A DNA stretch of 64,000 nt from Candidatus Woesearchaeota archaeon (GTDB lineage: Archaea; Nanobdellota; Nanobdellia; Woesearchaeales; JAAOYA01). Location of the stretch: contig JAAOYA010000001.1 in NCBI GenBank assembly GCA_018221105.1, positions 114,812 to 178,811 of the forward strand, given 5' to 3'. A program made the position numbers and the translations under genes. Position 1 is the first letter of the stretch. Every line of letters starts with the position of its first letter. The notes below the pieces were generated by a model. It ran no database searches and was not told where the DNA came from. It saw only the letters and a list, made by a program, of their open reading frames with translations. Below, in pieces: positions 10,277-20,355 of this stretch.

Positions 10277-10822
10277 TTACTTTATTTTGATTGCCGCGTC
10301 TATTCCTATCATCAAGGCAGCAATTGATGATGCTAACAGTTTGCTTTTATTATTGGCTAGTTCTTCTAAGTGTCCTGTTCCTTCAAGCTCTGTTAATCTC
10401 TCTAAATTGATTTTGAACTCGTCTTGTATTGGCATTAATGCTTTGAAAGCTTGTATTTCTTCAACACTTAACGGCCTGCCTTCCAATAATGATGTTTTGC
10501 TGAAAACTTTTTTGATTGTTAGCAAGCGGTCTGTTATTATGTTGTTGCGACGGCGCAATTCTACAATGTAGCGGTGTAAGTGTTTTTTTACAGTTCTAGT
10601 ATGTAATGCTTTATTGATTGTTTTTTGAGCGTGTTTTAATAAGTGTATGAAAATTTTGGTTCTTGAAGGTGTTGTTTTGCTTCCAAGAATTGAGTTTTGT
10701 TGTGCGTTAAGACTTAGGTTGTCTAAGTTGTGCAAGTATCCTGTGTCAAACTCTGCAACTTTTAATATTGCTTCTTTAACGTGGACGTATTGGTTGCTTT
10801 TGAAATGCTCTAAAAATTTCAT
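10277..10822 (-). CDS. Hypothetical helical protein
   Basis: ORF with ATG at 10822 and TATA-like TTTAAA upstream; no recognised motif. Confidence 0.55.
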   Translation of the reverse strand: MKFLEHFKSNQYVHVKEAILKVAEFDTGYLHNLDNLSLNAQQNSILGSKTTPSRTKIFIHLLKHAQKTINKALHTRTVKKHLHRYIVELRRRNNIITDRLLTIKKVFSKTSLLEGRPLSVEEIQAFKALMPIQDEFKINLERLTELEGTGHLEELANNKSKLLASSIAALMIGIDAAIKIK

Positions 10823-10863
10823 AACAAAACCTTTAAATACTGATGTTTTAAATACTTTTTGAT

Positions 10864-11646
10864 ATGTTAAAAGAGGCGACAAAAGCGTTTAACTTACTAA
10901 AAAGCAATCTCTTACAATGGGTTTTAGCGGGTCTTGGAGATTTTTTGTTCTTATTTTTTAGTGCTGTAACAACAAGTATTTTTTTTAGTTTGATGATTGA
11001 AAAACTTCGTGTTATTGTTGGCGTTTTTGAGACTATGCAAGTTCCTTCAACTGACGCGATGGCTGCAGAGTTTTCACAAATGATTGCTACTAATGCAGAG
11101 TTAGCTGTCGCGTACCAAAGTTTTTTGTGGTTGCTTGCAGGGTTAACGGTTTCACTGTTTATTTTATGTTTGGGTTTTAATGGCTTGGCATACTTTTACA
11201 CTTATAAACTGTCAAAATCGAAGATTTCACTAAAACAATTTTTTAAATTTTGGTTTTTGTACTCTGTTGTCTGGGCTTTAATTTTCACAGTATTGTTCGC
11301 TGTGATGCTTAATTTGATGTTTTACAACAGTTTGCTGCCTTTTAGCGTGTTAACTGATAATTTTATCGGAATTGTTTTTGTAATCATAGGATTGTTTTTT
11401 GGCTATCATATGTTTTACAGCTTTTTAGTGATGGATAACAAACAAAAGTTTTTAAGACGCTTAATATCTACGTACTCTTACAAAAAACTAGGGTCATTTA
11501 GTGTTTTTGTTTTGTTTATTGCATTGCTTTTCACAATTATTAGTTTTTTCGCTGATCCTTTTTTTGTTTTGTTTTTGACTGTTTTTGTTTACTCTCCAGT
11601 ATTACCTTTTATCAGAACAACAAGCAAGTTATTAACTACCGAGTAG
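10864..11646 (+). CDS. Polytopic membrane protein
   Basis: About six hydrophobic segments. Confidence 0.7.
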   Translation: MLKEATKAFNLLKSNLLQWVLAGLGDFLFLFFSAVTTSIFFSLMIEKLRVIVGVFETMQVPSTDAMAAEFSQMIATNAELAVAYQSFLWLLAGLTVSLFILCLGFNGLAYFYTYKLSKSKISLKQFFKFWFLYSVVWALIFTVLFAVMLNLMFYNSLLPFSVLTDNFIGIVFVIIGLFFGYHMFYSFLVMDNKQKFLRRLISTYSYKKLGSFSVFVLFIALLFTIISFFADPFFVLFLTVFVYSPVLPFIRTTSKLLTTE

Positions 11647-11655
11647 TGACTATAC

Positions 11656-11671
11656 GAAAGGTTTATAAATA
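11656..11671 (+). promoter_or_regulatory. Archaeal BRE/TATA promoter (representative of many in the window)
   Basis: CGAAAGGTTTATAAAT about 22 nt upstream of ATG 11693, consistent with a leaderless transcript. Confidence 0.7.
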
Positions 11672-11692
11672 ATCGACCAATAACAACAAAAA

Positions 11693-13498
11693 ATGACAAA
11701 GAAAAAAACAGCCGATTTTAGTGTGCCAAAAGAACTAATAGACAAAACACCGGCTGACATGAAAACACTTCTTAATAACAATAAAGCAAGCCTACTAAAA
11801 TTTCAAAAAGAACTACTAATAAAATTTGACAAGTATGTGATGGGATTAACAGTATTAAAACCATCGAACGACGAAAAACTAAAAGGCAAAACACAAATCC
11901 TGGTGTTGGTTGATGATTCTGACTCAAAACAAATGAGCAAAATAGAACTAAAAGACAAGTTAACACTAATAACTAAAGAAATAGCGCAAAAAACTAACAA
12001 AAACTTTGTAGCAGAAACACTACTTTTAAGCGAATTATGGCAAAACTTTTACGACGCCAAACACGACAAAGCAAAACAATTAGCAGAGTCAGCAATATTT
12101 TATGACAGTGGAATGCTGCAAGCAATCAAAATAACAGAAATCCACAAGGAAATGGTACTAAAAAAATTCGAAAAATACATAGTATCATACGTACTAGCGG
12201 GAAGTCTTGTGCAAGGCAAGGCAACACCAACAAGCGACATTGACGTTTGGATAGTAATCGATGACACAGACGTCAAAAAAATGGGTCGCGCAGAACTAAA
12301 AGACAAACTACGCGCGATAATCATAGGTTACGGCCTAGACGCAGGCGACGCCACAGGAATAAAAAACAAACTAAACATCCAACCATACATACTAACAGAC
12401 TTTTGGGACTACCTAAAAGAAGCCAATCCGATAATTTTTACACTACTGCGCGACGGCGTACCATTATACGATCGTGGAATATTCATGCCATGGAAACAAC
12501 TACTGAAAATGGGGCGCATCAAACCATCACAAGAAGCCATCGACATGTTTATGAACACAGGAGAACAAATGCTCAAGCGAACAGAGTTCAAACTAAAAGA
12601 AATAGGACTAGAAGACTTCTTCTGGGCAACAAGCACACCAACACAAGCAGCAATAATGCTCTACGGTGTGGCGCCACCAGCACCATCAGAAATACCGCAA
12701 ATGATGAGAGAACTATTCGTAAAAAAAGAAAAGATATTCGAAGAAAAACACGTCAAAATACTAGAAAAAATCCTGAAAACACGCAAGAGCCTAGAGCACG
12801 GAACAAAAAAAGGCATCACAGGAAGCGAGGTCGACGGATTACTAAAAGACACAAAAGAATACCTAAAAAGCATAGAAAAACTATTCGAAAAAATTAACAA
12901 GAAAAAAGAAGCAGAACAAGTAAACCACATCTACGACAGTGCAATAACAACAGTGCGAGATTGTTTATTATTTGAAGGGGTAACACAAGTAAAAGACTCG
13001 GAAATACTAAACACTTTCAAGCAAGTACTAGTGAACAAAGGCCACGCACCACAAAAATATCACCGATTATTACAAACAATCATAACAGCAGAAAATCATT
13101 ACAAGCAAAACAAACTAACAAAAGCAGAAGTAGAAAAAACAAAAAAAATCTCAAGTGACTTCATGCGATTCATGATAGACTTATTACAACGCTTGCGCGG
13201 CAAAGAATTAAACAAAACAAAAATACGCTTCAAACACGGCAAAAAATACGGTGAATTAACACTATTAGGTGACACAGCATTCATCATACCAGACCTAGAC
13301 GCCACAAACCGTGAAATAATGATGGCAAAAGTTGACAAAACAGGAAAACTATCAACAACAAAAAAAAGCGATTATGAAGCACTAGAAAAAGCAATAGCAA
13401 CAGTCAAACTACCACAAAAAACCTTCATAAAACAACCAGTATTCGCAGACCTTGCAAAACTTTTCGGCAAAGACATAGAAATACTAGTATATTATTAA
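11693..13498 (+). CDS. Protein with tandem Pol-beta-like nucleotidyltransferase domains and helical C-terminal domains
   Basis: Second domain LAGS...SDIDV; first domain is a degenerate repeat (KF.KY...DD.D.K.M...ELKDKL occurs twice). Confidence 0.8.
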   Translation: MTKKKTADFSVPKELIDKTPADMKTLLNNNKASLLKFQKELLIKFDKYVMGLTVLKPSNDEKLKGKTQILVLVDDSDSKQMSKIELKDKLTLITKEIAQKTNKNFVAETLLLSELWQNFYDAKHDKAKQLAESAIFYDSGMLQAIKITEIHKEMVLKKFEKYIVSYVLAGSLVQGKATPTSDIDVWIVIDDTDVKKMGRAELKDKLRAIIIGYGLDAGDATGIKNKLNIQPYILTDFWDYLKEANPIIFTLLRDGVPLYDRGIFMPWKQLLKMGRIKPSQEAIDMFMNTGEQMLKRTEFKLKEIGLEDFFWATSTPTQAAIMLYGVAPPAPSEIPQMMRELFVKKEKIFEEKHVKILEKILKTRKSLEHGTKKGITGSEVDGLLKDTKEYLKSIEKLFEKINKKKEAEQVNHIYDSAITTVRDCLLFEGVTQVKDSEILNTFKQVLVNKGHAPQKYHRLLQTIITAENHYKQNKLTKAEVEKTKKISSDFMRFMIDLLQRLRGKELNKTKIRFKHGKKYGELTLLGDTAFIIPDLDATNREIMMAKVDKTGKLSTTKKSDYEALEKAIATVKLPQKTFIKQPVFADLAKLFGKDIEILVYY

Positions 13499-13501
13499 TT
13501 C

Positions 13502-14677
13502 TTACACATTAAGAGTTTGCCTTGCAAGATGCCGTCGCATTACGAGTTTAATAAGATCTTCTTGTGGTGTTTGAACCATCACAAAACCATGAGCTGGGTG
13601 ATCAGACGAAAGACCTTTTGAATTATAACAACCATGAATTATTGAACCGCTTTTAATTCCTGGAAAAGATATTTGGTTCTTTTGTGAGCTTTTTACTGCT
13701 TGTTGATATGTTTTTACAAAATCAAAGCTTTTTGATGTTAAAGTCCCTTCAAAAGTAGCATCGCCAACACAGTCAACAATTGTTCCTGAAACGTTTTGAC
13801 CATCTTGCTCTTCAATAAACAATTCAAAGTAACCTTTTGAAGGTGTTGAAACATCCCAAGTTCCAACAAAATCGGGCTCTTTAGCAAGAACTAGTCTATC
13901 ATTTTCTAAAAAAGTAACAGCTCTTTCTAAATTAGTGATATCTGAAAGAATGTTAGAGTCTAAAGTTCTATTCTCAAAAAACTGCAATCTATGATCATTA
14001 CCTATTTCAACATCTGCGTGATAACTATCAAAAACAATTCCTAAATCTTCTCTTAATCGTTCTCTATTACTATACCAGTAATCACTATGACCTCTGCCGA
14101 CAACTGCCACGTCAACCTTTTTTCCAATGATGTTTTTTAAAAGGGTAGCGTCACGCTCTAAAACATTAAACTTGTCAGCTTCAAGAATTAATCGGTAACT
14201 TGTATCAGAAGATTTTATTTTTTTAATATTGGATGCTAGTTTACTTTGATATCTAATGTTTTCATCATCTAATACTCTTTGTCTATTAAGTTTTACAAGC
14301 GCTTCATTAAACTTCAAGTATGGGTCGATGTCTTCTAAAAGAACAATTTCATGACCGCATTTAGCACAATGTTTCGCTATATCTTCAAAGTACCTTGCTG
14401 CAGCATCCATATAATAATCCTCTGCTTCTCCTATTAAAGTATAACTTCTTTGGCTTGTTAAATCGCGTTCCAACTCTATTAATAAAGCATTAAGATCGGC
14501 CTTTACAGCCCTAGAAACCCTATCATCTACTAATTCAATACCAACACGAGTCTTTGGAGGCAACTTTTCAAGACTTGACAACAAACCACTAGTAGGAACT
14601 GCTCGATAAACTCCTGCGTCCCATTCATGAAGCTTCAAGCTTGTATGCGAGTGATCAGCACCGTATAATAGAACCAT
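13502..14677 (-). CDS. Hypothetical protein, N-terminal TraB/Tiki/ChaN-like domain plus beta-rich C-terminal domain
   Basis: YGADH, VGIE, ERD..LL..I, VVGRGH pattern. Confidence 0.5.
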   Translation of the reverse strand: MVLLYGADHSHTSLKLHEWDAGVYRAVPTSGLLSSLEKLPPKTRVGIELVDDRVSRAVKADLNALLIELERDLTSQRSYTLIGEAEDYYMDAAARYFEDIAKHCAKCGHEIVLLEDIDPYLKFNEALVKLNRQRVLDDENIRYQSKLASNIKKIKSSDTSYRLILEADKFNVLERDATLLKNIIGKKVDVAVVGRGHSDYWYSNRERLREDLGIVFDSYHADVEIGNDHRLQFFENRTLDSNILSDITNLERAVTFLENDRLVLAKEPDFVGTWDVSTPSKGYFELFIEEQDGQNVSGTIVDCVGDATFEGTLTSKSFDFVKTYQQAVKSSQKNQISFPGIKSGSIIHGCYNSKGLSSDHPAHGFVMVQTPQEDLIKLVMRRHLARQTLNV

Positions 14678-14766
14678 GTTCAGAACTAAAACAACTTATT
14701 TAAAAATATTCACATAAGCTTTTCGCCAATACTTTTTTAAATAAAAACTGATTTCCGTTTCTTACA

Positions 14767-15216
14767 ATGAGGAGTGGTTATAAGGTTTGTGATGTGATGA
14801 CAAAAAAGCCTGTTAGCATCAAGCCAGAAACAACACTATTGCAAGCAGCCAGAAAAATGGCAACTCAGCACGTTGGAAGTCTTCTAGTAAAAGACAATGG
14901 CAATCTAATAGGCATTATCACAGAGCAAGATATTGTTAGAAAAGCAATAGCAAAAGACATACACCATCGCGAATCAACAGTCGCTGACATTATGGAACAA
15001 TCACTTGTCACAATTAGTCCTGAAAAAGATTTGATTGACGCATTAAAACTTATGAATTCTCATAATATTCGACATGTTCCAGTGATGGATGATCAAACAA
15101 TGGTTGGATTTCTGACAAGCAAAGACATTTTGAAAGTTCAACCAGAACTTTTTGAAATACTTGCAGAAACAATTGAACTTCGAGAACTAGAAAGAAAACC
15201 TATTGATGAATTTTAA
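14767..15216 (+). CDS. CBS-domain pair protein
   Basis: VCDVMT..P, GIITEQDI, VADIM, IRHVPV. Confidence 0.92.
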   Translation: MRSGYKVCDVMTKKPVSIKPETTLLQAARKMATQHVGSLLVKDNGNLIGIITEQDIVRKAIAKDIHHRESTVADIMEQSLVTISPEKDLIDALKLMNSHNIRHVPVMDDQTMVGFLTSKDILKVQPELFEILAETIELRELERKPIDEF

Positions 15217-16004
15217 TTTGTTAGAGCGATTGTAGACTCGTAAACGAACTTGCCTGTTTTATTAAAGGCCAAGCCTTTCTTATCAACCGTTCTAACTAGT
15301 GCTTGAATATCAAAACTAAAAGGTTCTTTGAATTCTTTTCTTATTGTAGAAATTACATGTCTTACATTATCAGCGCTCAAACCTCCAGCAACACCTAAAC
15401 GTGTTATTGGCATTGCTTGAGCAAGAGCGTGCAATAATTCTATTGCATGCTTGAGGCCTATTGCTTTACCTTCACCTCCTGAAGGATCTATTAACACGTA
15501 ACTGACAAAGCCATCATAAGGCTTTAGCATTGAAGCTAATTGTTCTGAATCATTCTCGTTTAAAACTTTTCTAGGAACTTGCAAAACTATTTCCAGATCA
15601 GAAAATTGTTCTTTTAACATTTCGACTTGTTCAATAGGTGCTAACCCGTCAAGTTGGTTTAATTGAACAGAACGACACAGTTCTCTTTCATACAATTGAT
15701 TAATATTGAAAACTTTTTTTAACTCTTCAAACAATTGATCATTATCAGGAGTGTAATAGTGCACCATTGGTAGAGTATTAGGTTCTAATAGCTCGCACAA
15801 GCCAGCAAGATTTTTTAGTGCGGGAGTTTTATGTCCTTCGCTTGTGATATCTGTAACCCTATTATTTGACACAATAAAACCGAACATTGGAAGGTACGAA
15901 ATGTGATTGTTTAGAAAACCATTTTTTTTGAATTGTTCTTGAACTTTTATTACTTCATCACTTGTTTTAAACCCGGTAATTCCAACATAAGGCTTGGCAA
16001 TCAT
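15213..16004 (-). CDS. TrpF/PRAI-like TIM-barrel protein
   Basis: VGITG, VQLN, LIDPSGGEG, GVAGGLSADNV. Confidence 0.65.
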   Translation of the reverse strand: MIAKPYVGITGFKTSDEVIKVQEQFKKNGFLNNHISYLPMFGFIVSNNRVTDITSEGHKTPALKNLAGLCELLEPNTLPMVHYYTPDNDQLFEELKKVFNINQLYERELCRSVQLNQLDGLAPIEQVEMLKEQFSDLEIVLQVPRKVLNENDSEQLASMLKPYDGFVSYVLIDPSGGEGKAIGLKHAIELLHALAQAMPITRLGVAGGLSADNVRHVISTIRKEFKEPFSFDIQALVRTVDKKGLAFNKTGKFVYESTIALTN

Positions 16005-16078
16005 AAAAGTTTTTAAGACAACTTATATAAAAAATCACTGCCAAAACTTTTATTAACAACTCATTAAACGAGTGTTAT

Positions 16079-17275
16079 ATGTTTGTAGAACTACTTGTAG
16101 CGATTCTTTTTGGAGTGTTTTGTGGCGTTATCACAGGCCTCACGCCTGGCATTCACGTAAACCTGGTCGCGCTTTTATTGTTTTCTTCTACTAGTTTGTT
16201 AGGAGTGTTGTTCGGCCCTTTAAGCATTGCTGTAGTTATTGTAAGTTGCGCTTTAACGCACTCGTTTTTGGATTTTATTCCAAGTATTTTTTTAGGCGCT
16301 CCAGACGCTGACACGGCATTAGGAGTGCTGCCAGGTCATAAAATGTTGTTAGAGGGCAGAGCTCAAGAAGCCATCACTTTGACTGTTATTGGAAGCCTGA
16401 CAGCTTTGATAGTTGCAGTATTATTAGTGCCAGTACTCATTCCTATTGTGCCAACACTCTATGAATTGTTGCAGCCTTTTATAGCGTATTTGTTAATAAT
16501 AGTAGTGCTTTTTTTGATTTTGCGCGATACTAACCCTTACTTTGCAGCGAGCGTTTTCATACTTGCTGGAGTATTAGGACTTGTAGTGCTAAACAATCAA
16601 ACAATAAAACAACCATTATTTCCACTACTATCAGGACTTTTTGGTATTAGCACATTACTGATAAGTCTAAATGATAATGTTAGCATTCCAAAACAAAAAA
16701 ACACAAAACCAAAACTTGAAAAAAAAGTTTATGCAAAAGCAATAGGCTCGGCAACACTTGCAGGATCGCTAGTAAGTTTTTTTCCAGGATTAGGTAGTGC
16801 TCAAGCCGCTGTTATCGGAGAGCAAATAAGTGGCAAATTAGGAGGTGAAGGGTTTTTAGTGATGGTTGGCGGCATAAACACTGTGAATTTCATAATAAGT
16901 TTGGTAACACTCTACACTTTAGAAAAAGCTCGCAATGGAGCAGTACTGGTTGTCAATAATTTGTTAACAATAGATTTTACTAGTTTGCTAGTGCTATTAT
17001 TTAGTATTATGATTGCTGGCGGGATAGCAGTTTTTCTAGCGTTTTACTTGTCAAAAAAGTTTTCTAAACTTGTCCAAATTGTCAATTATCAAAAATTAGT
17101 CATTAGCATAATAACATTAATCATAATATTATCGTTTGTTTTTTCAGGACTTATTGGTTTGCTAGTTTTGATAACTGCCACTGCTGTTGGAATACTGCCA
17201 GCAAAACTCAATGTTAGTAGAAGTCATTCAATGGCATGTCTTATAGTGCCAGTAATCATATACTTTTTGTTATAA
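16079..17275 (+). CDS. TctA/DUF112 family membrane protein
   Basis: GLTPGIHVN, FIPSIFLGAP, VLPGH, PLLSGLFG; many TM helices. Confidence 0.85.
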   Translation: MFVELLVAILFGVFCGVITGLTPGIHVNLVALLLFSSTSLLGVLFGPLSIAVVIVSCALTHSFLDFIPSIFLGAPDADTALGVLPGHKMLLEGRAQEAITLTVIGSLTALIVAVLLVPVLIPIVPTLYELLQPFIAYLLIIVVLFLILRDTNPYFAASVFILAGVLGLVVLNNQTIKQPLFPLLSGLFGISTLLISLNDNVSIPKQKNTKPKLEKKVYAKAIGSATLAGSLVSFFPGLGSAQAAVIGEQISGKLGGEGFLVMVGGINTVNFIISLVTLYTLEKARNGAVLVVNNLLTIDFTSLLVLLFSIMIAGGIAVFLAFYLSKKFSKLVQIVNYQKLVISIITLIIILSFVFSGLIGLLVLITATAVGILPAKLNVSRSHSMACLIVPVIIYFLL

Positions 17276-17311
17276 AAACCTTTATAAATAGGGGCGGGTT
17301 TCTCGCATGTT

Positions 17312-17569
17312 ATGCAAGGAACAATAGCGAGTTTTAGAGGCGGGCGCCACACACAATACAACAATCAAATGATTGTAATAGTTGATGGTGTTGACTCTAA
17401 AGATGAAGCACAAAAACTTGTTGGCAAAACAGTTACTTGGACAACTTCTACAGATAAAAAAATAAAAGGCCAAGTTAGAAGTGCGCACGGTAATAAAGGA
17501 GCTATTAGAGTACTATTTGAGACAGGAATGCCTGGACAATCAATAACAACAAAAGTAATTATTTCTTAA
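17312..17569 (+). CDS. rpl35ae: 50S ribosomal protein L35Ae
   Basis: FRGG, LVGKTV.W, HGNKGAIRV.F..G.PGQ. Confidence 0.95.
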   Translation: MQGTIASFRGGRHTQYNNQMIVIVDGVDSKDEAQKLVGKTVTWTTSTDKKIKGQVRSAHGNKGAIRVLFETGMPGQSITTKVIIS

Positions 17570-17910
17570 AAACTTTTAAAACCATAAAACATTGTGATTG
17601 CGCCAACAACAATAATTATTGCAGAGTAGATTGCTCCACTAGTTGGAATTGGCAAAGTCACAAAATTTGCAATAAAAGGCAGTAAACCACCAAGAAGTAT
17701 AAGCAACGCAAACATAATGGTCATAAATCGTTGAGTTCCAAAAACTTGATTGCTAAAACCATAAAATAAACTAACCGCTCCAATAGCAATAATAATCAAA
17801 TAATAAACCATTCCGCTTGTCGGAATTGGCAAACTTACAAAACCATCAACTAATGGCAGAACTCCTGCTAAAATAGTAAGCACTCCAACCAATGAAATAA
17901 AAATTTTCAT
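17566..17910 (-). CDS. Small 4-TM membrane protein with internal duplication
   Basis: G.LP.....V.LPIPTSG..Y..III.IGA....YGF occurs twice. Confidence 0.75.
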   Translation of the reverse strand: MKIFISLVGVLTILAGVLPLVDGFVSLPIPTSGMVYYLIIIAIGAVSLFYGFSNQVFGTQRFMTIMFALLILLGGLLPFIANFVTLPIPTSGAIYSAIIIVVGAITMFYGFKSF

Positions 17911-18015
17911 AACAACAAAACTCTCAGTAGTACTATTTAAACTTATCGAAAAAAACTTTTTTTATTCACTAAACAATGGAAAAGTTTAAATATCAGCATG
18001 TGACAAATTAGAGTA

Positions 18016-19305
18016 ATGAAAAAGAATCACTTGATTGCATTTATTCTAATTGCTTCTATATTGATGATGCCTACAGCAATGGCTGCTGAAAGAGCAATGT
18101 TTGGCAGTATTCTAGACAGTGTTGTAGGGTTATTACAAAAAATTTTTAGTGCTGAAATAAAAATTCCTCATCCAGGTTACGATGCTGAAACCGTTGCGCT
18201 GTGGCAAGTGATAGCAGTATTTTTGTTGTTATTTTCTATAGTTTATGTTGTGACAGGCCAAGTGCCGCCTTTTAAAGGAACTAGTCATGCTGGAGCCAGA
18301 AAAGGTTTTGCTGTTGCTGTAGCGTTACTTGCACAGTTTGGATCACCTGTTACTGAGATGATTGCTGATTTGATTAGTGGAATGGCAGGTCTTGGTATAG
18401 TGTTAACTTTGGTGCTTGCAGTAATATTTGCATTTATTATTTTTAGCCGTGCCCTTGGCTTTGGTGCAAAAGTTAGTGCTAAAGGATTAAAGGATACTGC
18501 TGAGGGCATGAAAACCACTGCTGAAGCTATTGGCGTTGAGCGTGAAGCTCGCCAAATTCGGCGCCACGAGTATGAAAAAATTAAAGAGATAGGTGCTGAA
18601 AAGAAAGCTTTTGGCAAGCTTCGAAAGCTTGCGCGCAAAGAAATAAAATCTGATATGAAAGCTAAAGAGATACTGTTAAGAATTGATGAAGGAATTACTA
18701 ATGCTGAAAGAATTAGTGATGATGCACAAATGCAAAAAATTAAGAATAAATTGTTAAAAGAAGTGTCGCATTTGGTGCCGTTAGTTGGCACTGAAACTAA
18801 TGTAGAGAAAAAGAGGGCTGAACTCTTACAAAAAATTCAAGGCTTGAATCATCAAGATCTTACTCTTACACAAAGTGATACTCAATTATTGAATGATATT
18901 CATTCAAAAGTTCAAACGATGTACCAACAAAGCAACAAAAATTATGACCCGAATGCGGCCCATAATGAACAAGCCGCACAACGTATGCTCAAAACGATCA
19001 GAAATGCGGAAAGCAGTAAGCAACAATTGGCGCAAGAGCTTGCACAATTATCTACTCAAACAGCAAGTCTTGGAAGTGATTTGAAAGCGCATGTTGATGC
19101 ATTACAACAGAATTTGTATGAGTCTCAGACTTGGCCGCAAGCAAAGCGTGATGCTCAAGAAGCAGTAAATCTTATTAATAAGTCTGAAGAATACTTGAAA
19201 CAATTAGAAGGTATTCTTAATCAAGTTCAAAAGATTGAAAGTATTTTATTAAAATCTGTTAAACAACTTGCAAGTCAAGCTGGTTCTGGATTTGCGTCTA
19301 GTTAA
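18016..19305 (+). CDS. Membrane protein with signal-like N-terminus, about 3 TM helices and a long coiled-coil domain
   Basis: AMA-AE signal-like site, hydrophobic segments, Q/K/E/L-rich C-terminal ~280 aa. Confidence 0.7.
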   Translation: MKKNHLIAFILIASILMMPTAMAAERAMFGSILDSVVGLLQKIFSAEIKIPHPGYDAETVALWQVIAVFLLLFSIVYVVTGQVPPFKGTSHAGARKGFAVAVALLAQFGSPVTEMIADLISGMAGLGIVLTLVLAVIFAFIIFSRALGFGAKVSAKGLKDTAEGMKTTAEAIGVEREARQIRRHEYEKIKEIGAEKKAFGKLRKLARKEIKSDMKAKEILLRIDEGITNAERISDDAQMQKIKNKLLKEVSHLVPLVGTETNVEKKRAELLQKIQGLNHQDLTLTQSDTQLLNDIHSKVQTMYQQSNKNYDPNAAHNEQAAQRMLKTIRNAESSKQQLAQELAQLSTQTASLGSDLKAHVDALQQNLYESQTWPQAKRDAQEAVNLINKSEEYLKQLEGILNQVQKIESILLKSVKQLASQAGSGFASS

Positions 19306-19345
19306 TAGCGTAACTTTTATATACTCTCTTTCTTAAACTGTTTTT

Positions 19346-20041
19346 ATGAAGTATACTTTGACTCGTAAGGTTCGCAGCCCGACAATTATTTATGGTTTTC
19401 CTGGAACTGGACTTGTTGGCAGTATTGCTACAGAATTCTTAATTAGAGAATTAAAGATGGAGAAAGTGGGGCGCATCACAACAATAAAATTACCTCCTGT
19501 AGTGCCTATTCACGAGGGAGAAGTTGTTGAGCCAATGGGACTCTTTTTTTCAAAGAAATTCAATATTTTATTGTTTCACTTTGTCACAAACGTTACGGGG
19601 TTAGAGTGGCAGATTGCGGAAGTTATGAAAAAAATTGCTGAAGAAGTGAGAGCTACAGAGGTTATTGCTTTTGATGGCGTGCCATCACAGTCTGAGCAAC
19701 CACAAATTTATTATTTTTATGCTGGCAAAAAAAAGAAGTTGCCATTTAAATTACAACCTATGAAAGAAGGTCTTGTGATAGGGGTCACGGGAGCGTTACT
19801 TTTGATGTTAAAGAGGGATTTTTTGAGTGTGTTTGCAGAAACTCATCCAGGGTTGCCTGATAGTAAGGCAGCTGCTGAGCTAGTGAATTTTTTAAATGAT
19901 TACCTGAAGTTAAAGCTTGATTTGAAGCCTCTTTTAGAGCAGGCTGATAAGTTTGAAGCGAAGCTAAAAAAGCTTGTTGAGAGTAGTCAAAAAGCGGCTT
20001 CAGAGCAGGAGAAGAAGAAAACACTATCTTATGTTGGCTAA
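19346..20041 (+). CDS. Proteasome assembly chaperone (PAC2) family protein
   Basis: GFPGTGLVGSIA, GVTGALL, PDSKAAA; ends in HbYX-like SYVG. Confidence 0.9.
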   Translation: MKYTLTRKVRSPTIIYGFPGTGLVGSIATEFLIRELKMEKVGRITTIKLPPVVPIHEGEVVEPMGLFFSKKFNILLFHFVTNVTGLEWQIAEVMKKIAEEVRATEVIAFDGVPSQSEQPQIYYFYAGKKKKLPFKLQPMKEGLVIGVTGALLLMLKRDFLSVFAETHPGLPDSKAAAELVNFLNDYLKLKLDLKPLLEQADKFEAKLKKLVESSQKAASEQEKKKTLSYVG

Positions 20042-20168
20042 AAGTTTTAATCATTTCTTGAAAGTTTTTAGACGAGAGGTTTTTCTACAAAATATATATT
20101 GAAGTATATAAATATTTAAAAATAGCTTTATTGTTACTGAGTAGTAATTACAAACGAGGTACTATAAA

Positions 20169-20345
20169 ATGTTTGCAAAAAATAAAAAAATAAAAAAAGC
20201 ATTTAGTAAAGTTGCACAAGACGTAACAAGTTTAAACGATTGGGTTTACTTACTAGCACAAAAACACTCAGAATTACGTGTTGAAGTAGCAAAACTAAAA
20301 GACGAGATAACAGACCTAAAAGCAGAAAACTTACTAACAGTATAA
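20169..20345 (+). CDS. Small coiled-coil protein (58 aa, not in ORF track)
   Basis: MFAKNKKIKKAFSKVAQDVTSLNDWVYLLAQKHSELRVEVAKLKDEITDLKAENLLTV; GAGGT SD upstream; motif shared with ORFs at 22304 and 26140. Confidence 0.75.
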   Translation: MFAKNKKIKKAFSKVAQDVTSLNDWVYLLAQKHSELRVEVAKLKDEITDLKAENLLTV

Positions 20346-20355
20346 GAGGTGCTTT

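Noticed and set aside
12403..12897. 164-aa Arg/Lys/Thr-rich alternate-frame ORF
   Set aside because: Shadow of the A-rich codon usage in the nucleotidyltransferase gene
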